This document shows, one piece after another, positions 1 through 11,276 of a stretch of DNA of 64,000 bases. The translations under genes were made by a program, and so were the position numbers. Position 1 is the first letter of the stretch. Each line of letters opens with the position of its first letter. The notes under the pieces were generated by a model. That model made no database searches. It saw only the letters and a list, made by a program, of their open reading frames with translations, and had not been told where the DNA came from. Source of the stretch: Hyphochytrium catenoides (Eukaryota > Protista > Hyphochytriomycota); assembly GCA_900088475.1 (NCBI GenBank), contig FLMG01002850.1, positions 1 through 64,000 on the forward strand. The letters run 5' to 3'.

Positions 1-695
1 CTCTGTACACTTGTTTAGGTACATCGTACAACGTACAAGAGTGGCACTGCTACAGTCTAAAACAGTAACGGACACGAAGTCCCTGTGCAGAATCAAAGCA
101 GCGTGTTGGCCTAGGATAAAAGGAAGGAATCAGACGCCTCTTCTTCTATTCTGCAGATTCATCCATACTCCATTCTTCTCCAGCGGCAGCCATGGCAGTC
201 GGTCACCCTTCATGCACGTGTCAGGACCACGCCTGCTGAAGGACAGTACCACCTTTACAGGGCTCAGCTCGACAGATGCACCATCGCCAATGACAATATA
301 CCATAAATATATAGATAACGTTATTAGTTCTCTGAAAGGGCCATACAAAGTTGAGTCAACCGCAGGCGGTGAAATCTGCGTACCGCGCAAGAGCGAGAGC
401 TCAACAGAGTTGTCCCTCGGTGGGGGGTACTAGTTCCCTTGGAAGATGTGCTTAATGCTCGTGGGTCGTATAAGGGACAGCCACAGTGATGCCAGCAACA
501 TCGCAAGAGAACACCGTATGCCCACACTTTATGTGGTCCAGTTGGGGTCCGCGTTCATGCACCAGCTGCAGAGCGCACAGCCTAGAAGCTGTAAGGGGCC
601 TCATCCACATTGCCTCTGGGCGAGAAACATCGTAGAGCTCCACAAGTAGCAGAGGCAAATTCCCCGTCGTTCACTACCAAGGTGCCAGGGGAGCA

Positions 696-3600
696 CTAAA
701 CGATGGTAACGTTCTTGCCCGACGTGGTGAAGTCCTGCCCGTTGAACGCAACTTCACATACCGCCACCGACCCTTTGACGGACTCCTCAAACTCAGGTAA
801 TCTGAACACCACAGCCCTCGACTCCGGCAGGTAGCGACCCGGGACCACCTTGGTAGAAAAAGCAGGAGCTGATTAGACCAACAAGCAACTTAACTTGAGA
901 CGGCCACGCATGGAAGGACGTTGGATACAACTGGCTCTCACCTTAGTATCCTGACCGTTGCTTCCTGCCGATATCCTTATGGCAATGGCTCCAGAGTCGA
1001 AGAAGCCATAACCTCTAAGCTCTACTTCTCCATTCGAGGAAACCGTGGCAGGTGTAATAGTCTCCACCTTCGGCGTGGCTAGAAGCGAGCCCGAATGACG
1101 GAGGTATTAGATAAGTTCTAGCTTAGGTGGGTGGCATGATAGGTCTACTCACCATAGTAAACGAAGTCTAGTGTCTCCTTTCCATAGTCAATTCCATTCA
1201 ACGCGACGGATACAGCAACAGTGGCCCGAGGCGCCGGGGGCCCTGGCGGCTCTTCTACGGCTTTCTTAGGTTCCTTTCCTTGCTGTTTGACGAGCAATGC
1301 AGTTGGCGCTTTAGGCGTAGAGATTGAAGGAACTTCCGCATCACTCGCTGTTGTTTCGGTTCCTTCTAGTGTTCTTGGAGAATACACAGGGGAAATGCCA
1401 TACACGGTCCCACCAGGGGCCGAATTGGTTGGTCGAGAGGACTTGCGAGCAGGCTTTGGTTGAGGTGCTGAGGTCCTTGGCGTTCTTACTGGTGTAGAAG
1501 CTACTTCGGGCAGCATAGCCACTGTTAGTTCTGGAGAGGTAGAAGAGATGCCCTTCTCCTGACAGATAGCTCTAGTGGCGTCCAATGAAAGCGATTGGGC
1601 AGTGCCTTCATATAGCTTATCTGTAAATTGAATGGTAGCGTCAACCGGCAGCTCGAAGGGCTCTTTCAGAGTGATGCGAACGAGAGTTTTCCCATCCATA
1701 GGTCCTGAACTGGGCCGAATATTAGCGACAACGATCTTCTTTTGGTTGTAATAGGTAATGGCAAGCGCCTCCACCGTTGGCAGATATGTAAGCCCTGCAT
1801 CCAGGGAGACCTGCGCGTAATGGTCAGCATCACAAGGGATGCCCTACTACCAGGTGAGCTCAACATGCTAGTACCTTAAAGGTCGCTTTATATATCGCCC
1901 GATCTGCGCTAAAGGGCATGGCCTCGCTTCCCTCGATACTCTTAAAGTCCTCCAATCGAGGAGCGATAAAGGAGATGAGAGATGAGGACTGCACCAGCCC
2001 CTGGCAGGCATAATGGTAGGTGACGTTGTTCTCCATGAGCGCAAACTGTAGAAGGACCCCCTGCAGGTCGAAGAAATTCTCTCCTTGGAGTGTTAGACTT
2101 GTTCCTCCAGGGAATGGTAAACAGCTTGGCTTCACTCTGGTCACCTTGGCCTAGAGAGGAAACTCTCAGCCCTTGCATCTACATAGGGTCCTGTGTTCCA
2201 TACCTGATGGAAAAAGACCTTAAGCGGCTTCTCTATCATTGGCTTTTCTTGTCCTGACCCCTCCTCGTCCTCATCCTTCATATCTTTCTCCTTCGACTCT
2301 TCCATCTTCGGAGCTTGTAGCTCTAAGCTTTCAGTGCTGAGATCCATCAGTTGAGGGCCGAAGTCGACCCCATTGAGCGACACTTGAATCTGGCACTCAA
2401 CGTAGGGGATCGTGACATCGTTGTGAGAGAAGAAGCAAGGTAGAGGGCAGACTAAGACCGGAATCGGGGCCTGTGGCTCCGCAGTGTCTGGTGCTCCAGG
2501 TGTCTCTTGAAAATGGGCCTCCTGAACTACAAACCTAAGGCACACAGCCACGTTTAAGAACGGTCCGATTAGCGTGGGTAAGAAAGAAAATTAACACTGA
2601 GACGTCATGAAGCACGTGCTCGTGGGCATCAAGCCCTAAAGTAGGTGAAGGCCCAGGATGGAGCTTACCTCTTAGAATCTCTGACGTCAACAAAGCGCAC
2701 CTTCGCTTTTTGCACATGTGGTTGCCCTTCATAAACGATCTCAAAGTCACCAGAGACTTCAGGGCCAACTGTTTGATAGTTGCTCCCTTTCAGGTTAAGT
2801 TCTGAATAATAGAGGAAACGTCTGCCACTTGTGCTAAAGTGACGTCCGTTCATGGCTACCTCGACTATGTACTCAGCCGCAGCAGTGAGTTTGGGGGTTG
2901 TACAGGTGATCTGTATGGGGAATAAAAGTAAGTATTGTCCTCCTCTTTTGTCTTTGCTGATCTCACAGCCCAAGCTTCGTTTTCTAAGCTTATAGTTCCT
3001 TCACCCCAATCTGACACCTTGTGTGTGATACCACATCGTTACGGCTATCGCAGCTTTATGGAATGCGGTGCTCTTACCGTATTAGTCTCTGAATTGTATT
3101 TGCCCTGTGCAGCTCTAGCTGTGATCCCAGCCGTTGGAACAGCAGGGGTGAATTTGACGGTAATTTCCTCACTATCCCAGAACCCGTTGCCATACAAGGT
3201 CAGCTTCGTACCCCCTCGCAACGGTCCCGACATAGGCTCCAAGGACTTAATGGCTGTTGCACTGAAAGCGGCGGCATGATTGTCCCACAGAACAACACGG
3301 GAACATCCTTTGCCTTTCAGTGCTTCAACGCGGCGAGGGCTCTTCACATTTTCGCAAGCCTCATGTCCCAGCTTGCAGTGGGAGCCATTGCCCCAGGTGT
3401 AGACTTCACCTTCCGCTGGAATATGAGGGAAATATGCTCGTTGTTTAGTCTGAGGCGAGACCGAAAATCAGAGATGAGAGCGGATAGGAAGGATGAGGTC
3501 CAGGGAATTCGAAATGCCTAAATAATAGGATGGCGGTTGTAGCTTGAATGAGCGGCTCAGAAAGATAAAGAAGGTGCCGAGTGTCAGGGAAGGAGCTTCT

Positions 3601-4587
3601 TACAGTCAATCACACAGCTCTGATGGCCTCCTGCCGAGATGCGGCGAACTAGGGAACTTCCACCTTCTAACGCTGGAACTTTCACCCTTTCGGGGTAAAA
3701 TCGACTTCTACAGTCTCCCAGACCCAGCTGGCCATACACGTTAAACCCCCACGCATAGAGATAACCTTCGCTTGTCATAGCCAAGGTGTGCGCTGATCCA
3801 CAGGCGATGTCCACATACCTATCCTGTCCTTCAGACTTCAGAATCAAGGCAGGATTCCTCTGACATTTTTTCCCTAAGCCCATCTGCCCACAACTGCTGT
3901 CTCCAAACCCCCAGACGTCTCCGGACTGGGTCAGTGCAATGGTGAAGTAGTCTCCGCAGTCTACGGACTGCACCTTTTTGCAGCTGAGGTCAAACACACA
4001 GCGAGGACTCAGTTGTACCGTCGGTAACGCTTCGCGCAGCTCCTTGCTGACGTGCTTTAGGTTGTGTCCTGTTTGACCTTCTGCTCCCCGACCCCAAGTG
4101 AAGAGATCTCCCTCAAGGGTGATGGCCGCCGTATGCGCTTTTCCACAGGCGACCTTGGTTATCACTGACTTCATTTTGACCGGCTGAGGAACTTTTGTAT
4201 GGACCACAGCACTGGAGACACCTAACTGCCCTTCGCTCCCATCACCCCAGGCGTGAATAGTCCCATCTAAGGTGAGGGCTACCCCGTGCTTCTCTCCGAA
4301 AGCGATCATCTGCCATCTTTTGTTCTCAAAGAGTGCTCCAATGTCGTTGGTTTCCTGTCGTAACCCAAAAACGTCAACGTCTTCTTCTTTCACTAGAAGT
4401 ATGCAGCGCTTACATTGTTTTCAATGAGCCAGCTAACCTCGTTGGAGTCCACTATTGCAGCGCAATGGCCATACTTTGCGTACAGGGCTTTCACCTTCCT
4501 TCCCTGGAGACTACTAAGGATCTGAATCTTGCCCTGCGTCCGCTGTCCCCACAGGAAGAGATGTCCAGTCTCACCCTCCCGCGTCAT
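696..4587 (-). CDS. Multi-exon protein with N-terminal RCC1 repeats followed by about 5 IPT/TIG (Ig-like) domains
   Basis: RCC1 repeats (HAWGDGSEGQLG, VACGKAHTAA, FTWGRGAEGQTG, IACGSAHTLA, YAWGFNVYGQLGLG) at 3350-4587. IPT/TIG units follow: SLEPMSGPLRGGTKLTLYGNGF...VEVAMNGRHFS; IQVSLNGVDFG; VKPSCLPFPGGTSLTLQGENF; IRPSSGPMDG...VALNGIDYG; ITPATVSSNGEVELRGYGFFDS...CEVAFNGQDFTTSGKNVTIV*. Stop at 696-698; exons joined by GT-AG introns. Confidence 0.85.
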
Positions 4588-5759
4588 GGTGTCTTTGACA
4601 AATGTCCCCCTAATCGCTTACTGAAACAATCAAATCCATACTAGGCCGACATGGTCGATGCAGATATATTGGTGAAGAGCTTTACCGTCAATCAATCGTT
4701 CTTATAGACGAAGCTTCGACCCAGGGCTGACATCTTCCCTATCCAGGGGGTCGAAAGAGATGCATCAGGAGTCTAGTGACTGCCTGGTCCGTATCATACG
4801 TCCTTCACTACGGCGACTATCTTTATAGATGCTGGTCTCCTTTCTCGGGAGAGAGAGAAGGCTGCCTGCTTCTCTTGCTCTGTTATGTTTGTCCGGTGAT
4901 GATGATTGAAAGGTAGGAGGCTTTGAAGATAAACGGAGGAGGCACAACCAAAGGGCGTTACATTGCGCCTAAGCATACGCATTCCAAACAGAGTGGGTCA
5001 TATTGCTGAGACCTCTATCCCAATCATTAGCGTTTAGAATCACAATTGTGGAGTGTGATGTTAGCATCAGCTGTCCTTGATAATTGACGTCCATATTCCA
5101 TATTGTTGGGACACAGAGTTAACTTCTCCTGAACTCTAAACTTTTATCAGGAATAACGTTTCTCTCTACACTTAATGAGCTAACCAAATCTAATCGCCAT
5201 TTGGAGCGTTTGGCTACCTGATGTCAGTTGGGACTTGGACACTGCGCTGCAATGGAGACAGAAACCTCTTCTACCCGCCATGTGCCCTAAGAGGAGGAGA
5301 CAGAATAACACAAAAAGAATGGGGATAGGACAGCAAGAGAGAACTGAATGCTTTTGAGCACGGATCGAGCGGAAGTTGCGTCCATCAACATGTCAGCAGG
5401 AAGAGCACCACTTCACGCTACGCTTGCTAGCTCTTTAGCCTGGGTACGGCCCTACAGCTAGCTTCGTTAGTGTCCAGAAGGGACCAAGCAGACTTCTCAT
5501 TCTACCTATAGCAATCCCACATTCAGAGCAGCGCTGAACATTGGACCGCGAAGACGGCGCAAGATCAGAGAGGTCGGCTGTCACGTGCTATTTGCCATTC
5601 TAGGATCTCCGAAGTTCTGAAAGAAGACCAAGAAAGCCTCGGCGCCCTGGAGGGAGAGCAGTAGAGAGAGGGACGTGGGTCGCATACCTGTTCCCGTCTG
5701 CTTCCAGTTACCGGGGCTTCATCTCACCTCCTTATTTCTCTGGCCATTTCGGCTAGACA

Positions 5760-6424
5760 ATGACCAAGAAGTCTGAGATCTCGGCATCTGAACTAGTCAA
5801 GAAGATGGGAACCAACCGGTCCCTCTACGCTACGGCCAAGGCTGGATACTCCTCGTTAGAAGAAGACTCACCCTCTTCAGACCCAGCCATGGATGTGGAA
5901 GGCGAGAAGGAAGTATTGACAGAAGAACCGGAAGAGACGGTGAAGTTGTACACCGAATCCATTGAACCGTCACCCCGTAAGTTCCTATCACCCTGCGATC
6001 CCGTCTCCACCATCTGACCATACAGCTTCCTGCAGTGGCACAATGTTGTACAATCTTTTCTCTATTTGCCATCATTTTTCTGGTAAGTAGAGCACCTCGG
6101 TGACGCTTGTCCACGACGGTTTCACGAGTCTCTAACATCTGGCTTTCTCACTTGTCTTTCCTCGGCAATAAGATGTTCATTGCTACCATGGTCGGCAACA
6201 ACTCCATATACATAAAGATGAAGGCACCAGAGGGCAAGCACTTAAGCTCTTTGGCTGGCGGTGTCTGGGGCGCAGTAGTTATGTACATGATTTGCTTTGG
6301 ACTCTCCGCTTGGTCATGGTTCAAGGCAGCGAAGGCCAGTCACTACTTTAGGAGGAACGCAGAGGTACACACAGCAGCAGATGCCACAATTATTGCCTCA
6401 CACAAAGAGGCAGTGCTGCTATAG
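5760..6424 (+). CDS. Small two-TM protein resembling RNase kappa / V-ATPase subunit f, with an acidic N-terminal extension
   Basis: Three exons join to give ...LAQCCTIFSLFAIIFL|MFIATMVGNNSIYIK...LAGGVWGAVVMYMICFGLSAWSW. The CC motif, TM, luminal loop and second TM with AxxxY match the RNASEK/subunit f pattern. Confidence 0.6.
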
Positions 6425-7949
6425 AGAGACTAAAGCAATTGTTGCCCAGTCTCTACGATCTGTAAATTATTAATTAGCTCCGTGCCCTTCAGGCAGGGAG
6501 TTCAGACAGTCATAAAGTTCTGTCTTAGGGACGATCGACTACTCAGGCGGATGGCCTATCTTTACAGAGAGGATAGAATCAGACAGGAGATATAAGAAAA
6601 GGGTGAGGATGTTCACAGGATGTCTGCTGTGAAATTAGTCGACGTCTCCCTTTGCGTCGACATGTCTGTAGGACACAAAGTCAAGAGCTATCGACTAGGG
6701 AGATGAGATGGTAATAGAAAAGTGAGGTGGAGTCAAGTAGATGGTCCTTGGAGCCCCTGGCCCGACACTCAAAGAATACAAAGGAAAGTTATAGGATGGC
6801 CATTGAGTATAAAATACGGAAGATATGAGAGAGAAAGAGGCCGCAGACAGGGACTTAAAGTAAGAGACAAGGGCTGGAAAGATAGACATGGGAAGCAAAC
6901 ATAGCCATGGAAGCAGTATGCTGAGAGAGAGAGGGATGAGGGAAAGAGGGACCGCCTCTAACCGACCCGAAGCAGGTAACCTCTTGGCCTTCCATGGTGG
7001 TTCTTCTTCCCCTCTCCACCAGCAGCAACTGATGTGCCCCTCTCTGTGTGGCCTACCACTGTCTACAGCGTGAGAATTGGTCTTGTCCTCTTCTTGAAGG
7101 ATAAGAGGTGAAAACTACGGTGACACACAAGGCCCTTGTCAAAAAGGGTATATTGAAAGAGATGCGGCGCGGCAAAGGTGGAATTACCCTTGCCTCAAAG
7201 GAGCCACTGCGCATGCTCTCCCTATAAGCAGTTGGCTTCATAGGGCTGCGACATAGAGGGACAGAAGCAGAGATCATTTAGGAATACCTCCACTACATTC
7301 CCAGCAGCCAAGCAACAGCTATTACCCTTGGCTGCTGCCCGGTTGTCCTGCTATCAGGCCGTCTGATAAACCCTACCCTCGCATCTCCAGAGCTTCGCTC
7401 CCTGAAGGCAGCCGTGCTGAGCAAGGAACCGTCACTGTCGCTCTCAGTATCTACATGCTTGGCACTAGCCACGAAGAGATGCGCCTTCACTGTCCCTTTG
7501 CCCTTTGCCATGTCCCCCAAAGCAGAAGCCAAAACTATTGATCGACAGTTATTGTTGTAGCAGGGCTTGATGTGCAGTAGTAATAGCTTCAGAGCCCTGG
7601 AAGAGCTGGAGGATAAATTCCGCAATAATAGTACTGTGGTTGGTGTAGAAGGGATCAGAAACTCATCATCAGAAGCGACAGACGGGTGACAGTGCCCTTT
7701 CTGCTCATCCTCGTCAGCCTCGTGCCCCACCATCAGACGCAGCAGTAGGCACCAGCACCCCAGAAGGCAGCACTGGCAGCAGCATCGAGAGCAGGCAGCA
7801 GGCAGTGTCAAGAGGCAGAAAGCAGTAGCAGCAGGGGCAGCGAGAGCGGACTCACTAACCTCGTGTAAGAGTTCTTTCCTGAGGCATTCCTACAGCGGCA
7901 CTTCCCTTAATAGCTTCCTCGGTCGTCTATAGCCGCCCAGGATATCTTC

Positions 7950-10559
7950 ATGATGGCTGGTAGCATGGAGGAGGCGAGAGGCGTTCAAGAACTATCGGCA
8001 GCAGAGTCTTCCACAACGCCAGGCTCTTTTGTGAAACAGTCACTGTCGGGGGATGCCAGCCAAGTTCAACCTGCTAATCGACCTCAGCAGGCATCGGCAG
8101 AGGAGGCCATAAAAGTTGACGCAGATCCTCTCGGCAGGCAGGAGGGAGTTAATGCTTACACTGCAAGTGTGAAGGAGCAGTCCGCCGCACCTGCGGCATC
8201 GTCATTACCTAAGGCTGAAGTGCTGCCGGCCCTGTCAGGTTACCCATCTGCAGCTTTATCATCTGCAGGACCACAAGCGTTGGTGAGCCTGCCCTCTCCG
8301 GAGCAAAAGAATATTCCTATGACCACAAGAAGGCTGGAACAAAATGACTCAGACGATTCAGAGGACTCGGAAGAAGACAGTTCGAGTTCGGAAAGCGACA
8401 CCTCTCCCGCAGTTGACCCTCCATCTAAAGCACCCATACAAGCAGTCCAACCCTTGCCAAGGCATATTCCGGACGACATACTGTTCGCAGCAGAATACGC
8501 AGAGGTTCAAGCAGTTTCCAGTCAAATGGCTATGACACAGATCGACCCAAACCAATTCAGGCCTGTTCCGCCTTCCGCGAATGAAGTAGATGAGGAGGAA
8601 TCCAGTGAGGACGAAGGCGAACTAGAAGCCAATGTCAATGAAGGGCCGGATCTGGAGCATGCTACGAAGAGCGGAAGAGGGAGAAAGACGGCGACGGAGG
8701 TGGAGGGTGAGGATTCAACGGAGCCTCCCAAGACCGCGCACGAGGTGGTACAGGTAGGTGTATGGGGGGCCTTCTACTTCCTGTACAACTCCTTGTGATT
8801 GTTCCCCCTTATTCATCGGTACTAGCTTCATGCTCTCGATCAAATAGCTGAGCCCCTCCTCTCTTCTGGTCTTAGGCGCCAGTTCAGAAGGTTGAAATAA
8901 CAATCCTTCCCGAGCACCAGCTGGAGCTGGCAGGGACTGTCCTTCACGTAAACAAGCAAGAGCTCGTGGCCGTAGTCCGGGGTTTAGCGGTGGGTACAGA
9001 AATCAGCGAATCCTTTATCGCTCTTCAAAGTATTCAATAACGCCCTGCAATAACAGAATTCAAAGGCCCTAGACGTCGGAAGCATCCTGTGCTTCGAATC
9101 CAAAGATGTGCTAGGCGCGGTAAGTGAGGGGCTCAACAATGAGGATAACGGGACAGGATCAAAAGCAACCGTACCAACTCACTTCTACTATTTCTCTGGA
9201 AACAAATGTGCTGTAGGTGGACGACGTCTTCGGGCCAGTGTCGCTACCCATGTACACGGTATGTTATTCCTTGATCCTTAGTCATCTCGACCACTGTGTT
9301 TATCATCGCTAACCGATTCCACAGATCCGCTTTGAGTCAGTTACCGCTATTCCCGAGGGTGCAGTGGGCGGAGCGTCTGTCTTTTGCGTAACAAATTATT
9401 CCACATTCGTCAATCCAGAAGTAAGACTGTCTTACATTTACGTCATGAAGGACGGAGATTACATTTGAAGTAGAGGGGCAAGACGGAGGGGATATAAAGA
9501 AGGAGCGGCACCATCGACGCTTCTAAATAGAAGCTAATCTTCTCCCTCATCTTCTTGACCAGACACTGCATACTAAAGGCTCCGATGCTTCGAATCTCTA
9601 CGATGAAGAACCGGATTCCGATGTAAGTACTTTTCCGTAATCAACTTCCGTTACGTCTGACCTGGTGCTCCTAGGATGTCGAATTTTCAGATGACGAAGC
9701 GGAAGCAGCAGCAAAGGCAGCCAAGAAAGCAAGGTATCATTAACAAATCAGCCCGAGTGCTAAGTTCTTGCAAAAATCCGACGTTTCCGCACGTCTAGGA
9801 AGCGAAACCGAAACCGCGCTGACCTTGACAAGACCCAGAGCGACGCCACCAGCAGCTCCAGGTCAGTGCCCAGCGAAAGGGGCCGCGGTGATCAGCAGTC
9901 TTACCAACCAGGAGGGGCCAGACAAGAAGGAAGAAAGCAAAATGGTAAGCGGCTGCTCTTGCTCCTGCATTGGTTGGTCAACTAAAAAGGGCAATGGACC
10001 GTTTAAACGCCAGGCCAGGGTAATCAGCAAAGGTACACAGCTCACAACGGTGGTGGCCACCAGCGGCAATATCGTGAACCCAGACATGGGGTGCAAGCTG
10101 GAACCTTTCATCATGGCTATCATGGGGGGCCTTACCACTATTCACAACCGCAATATGGACAACCAATGCACTCTTACCCTTCTCACCCCTATCCGCCTGC
10201 GGCGCCCGAAGTCCGTTACATCTATGTCCCAGTGCCCCAGATGCCTGATCAGGCAGGATACTTCCCACCACAGCAACCACCAACCCAATTTCCAGGCTAC
10301 AGTCATGGCAACATAACTCCATCTCACTATCCCCCCAGCACATACAGATCGGAGGCAGCTGGCAGCAGCTACACGGCTGTCAGACCCTCGACCCAGCAAG
10401 AGCCAGCCAGCCTTGTGCCAGAGGTGAGATTGAAACCCCTCGAGTCGTTCTTCTCTCTATCAAATGGCTAATTTCTTTATTGTCTAGTACTCTTTGGACC
10501 TCCCTGGTTATTACAATACGCCGGGTGACGATGAACAAGAGTCCCACACGTCGCGATAG
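7950..10559 (+). CDS. NAF1: H/ACA snoRNP assembly factor NAF1 (Gar1/Naf1 domain)
   Basis: Acidic Ser-rich N-terminus, then PPKTAHEV, ALDVGSILCFESKDVLGAVDDVFGPVSLPMYTIRF and KGSDASNLYDEEP...EFSDDEAE, then a Pro/Tyr/Gln-rich tail. About 9 GT-AG introns. Confidence 0.92.
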
Positions 10560-10748
10560 TCTGAGAAGAAGTATCATTTCCTCCCTGGCTGCCTCTGCTA
10601 CTGGTGGAGAGATGATGAAGGCGAATGATGTTTTCAGCACCACTTTAGTATAGTGTACAATAATTGGTACTCCAACCACCTATGGGGGACTCTTGCATCC
10701 TTTACGCCGAACTATTGGAATCTCACTTCTCTAAACTCCCTTCTCTAG

Positions 10749-11276
10749 TCAACGGCGGTAAACCAAGGTAGGAGGGATGGCCGCATTGGGCGCTACGACA
10801 GGAATGGTACATGAGACTAGTGCCTGACCTAGGAATACCATCACATGCCACAGTGAGTGCCTTGTGCTATAAGAAGATGAGCCAGGCTCCCCGCATCCAG
10901 CCCAGATGTGGAAAGCCGATGCTACAAGCAATGCCAGTAGGATCCTACCAGGCCAATCCATTAAGGGCACATATCCTAAGGAGTAGAGGAACACGCCTAT
11001 CGCCAACCCACGGTCAAGGTTGCTATAACATGTTTCGTAGGAGCGGTGGTACAGGAATGAGCTCGTTGCACTGATGATGATGAAGAAGGTCTGCAGCTCA
11101 TAGCCCTTGACGTAGTAAGTCAGAGCACAGAGATAATACAAGAGATTTGTCCACACAAGGGGATCCATAATCCCACGTTGCCGTGTCGATGAGCAAGCTG
11201 CATCACATGGTTCTCCCTTGAGGTGACGCTTGATGATTTCACCCAATTCCATGCCAAAATATCTTTGGAAGACCAT
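10749..11276 (-). CDS. Single-exon multi-pass membrane protein of the CREST superfamily (SxxxH...D...HxxWH), putative metal-dependent lipid hydrolase
   Basis: Uninterrupted 175-aa ORF with about 5 hydrophobic helices and motifs SSFLYH, NLDR and HSLWH, as in TMEM8/ceramidase/PAQR-type CREST proteins. Confidence 0.7.
   Translation of the reverse strand: MVFQRYFGMELGEIIKRHLKGEPCDAACSSTRQRGIMDPLVWTNLLYYLCALTYYVKGYELQTFFIIISATSSFLYHRSYETCYSNLDRGLAIGVFLYSLGYVPLMDWPGRILLALLVASAFHIWAGCGEPGSSSYSTRHSLWHVMVFLGQALVSCTIPVVAPNAAIPPTLVYRR

Noticed and set aside
1-690. Short overlapping ORFs on both strands at the window start
   Set aside because: No recognisable motif or consistent exon chain; may be UTR or the end of a gene outside the window.
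4340-4440. Apparent frame conflict in the first RCC1 intron suggesting a non-canonical donor
   Set aside because: Resolved by a canonical GT...GACAG intron that resumes at ETNDIG.
9092-9102. TTCGAATCC T-loop/B-box-like words here and near 57493
   Set aside because: Both lie in coding exons with no surrounding tRNA stems.
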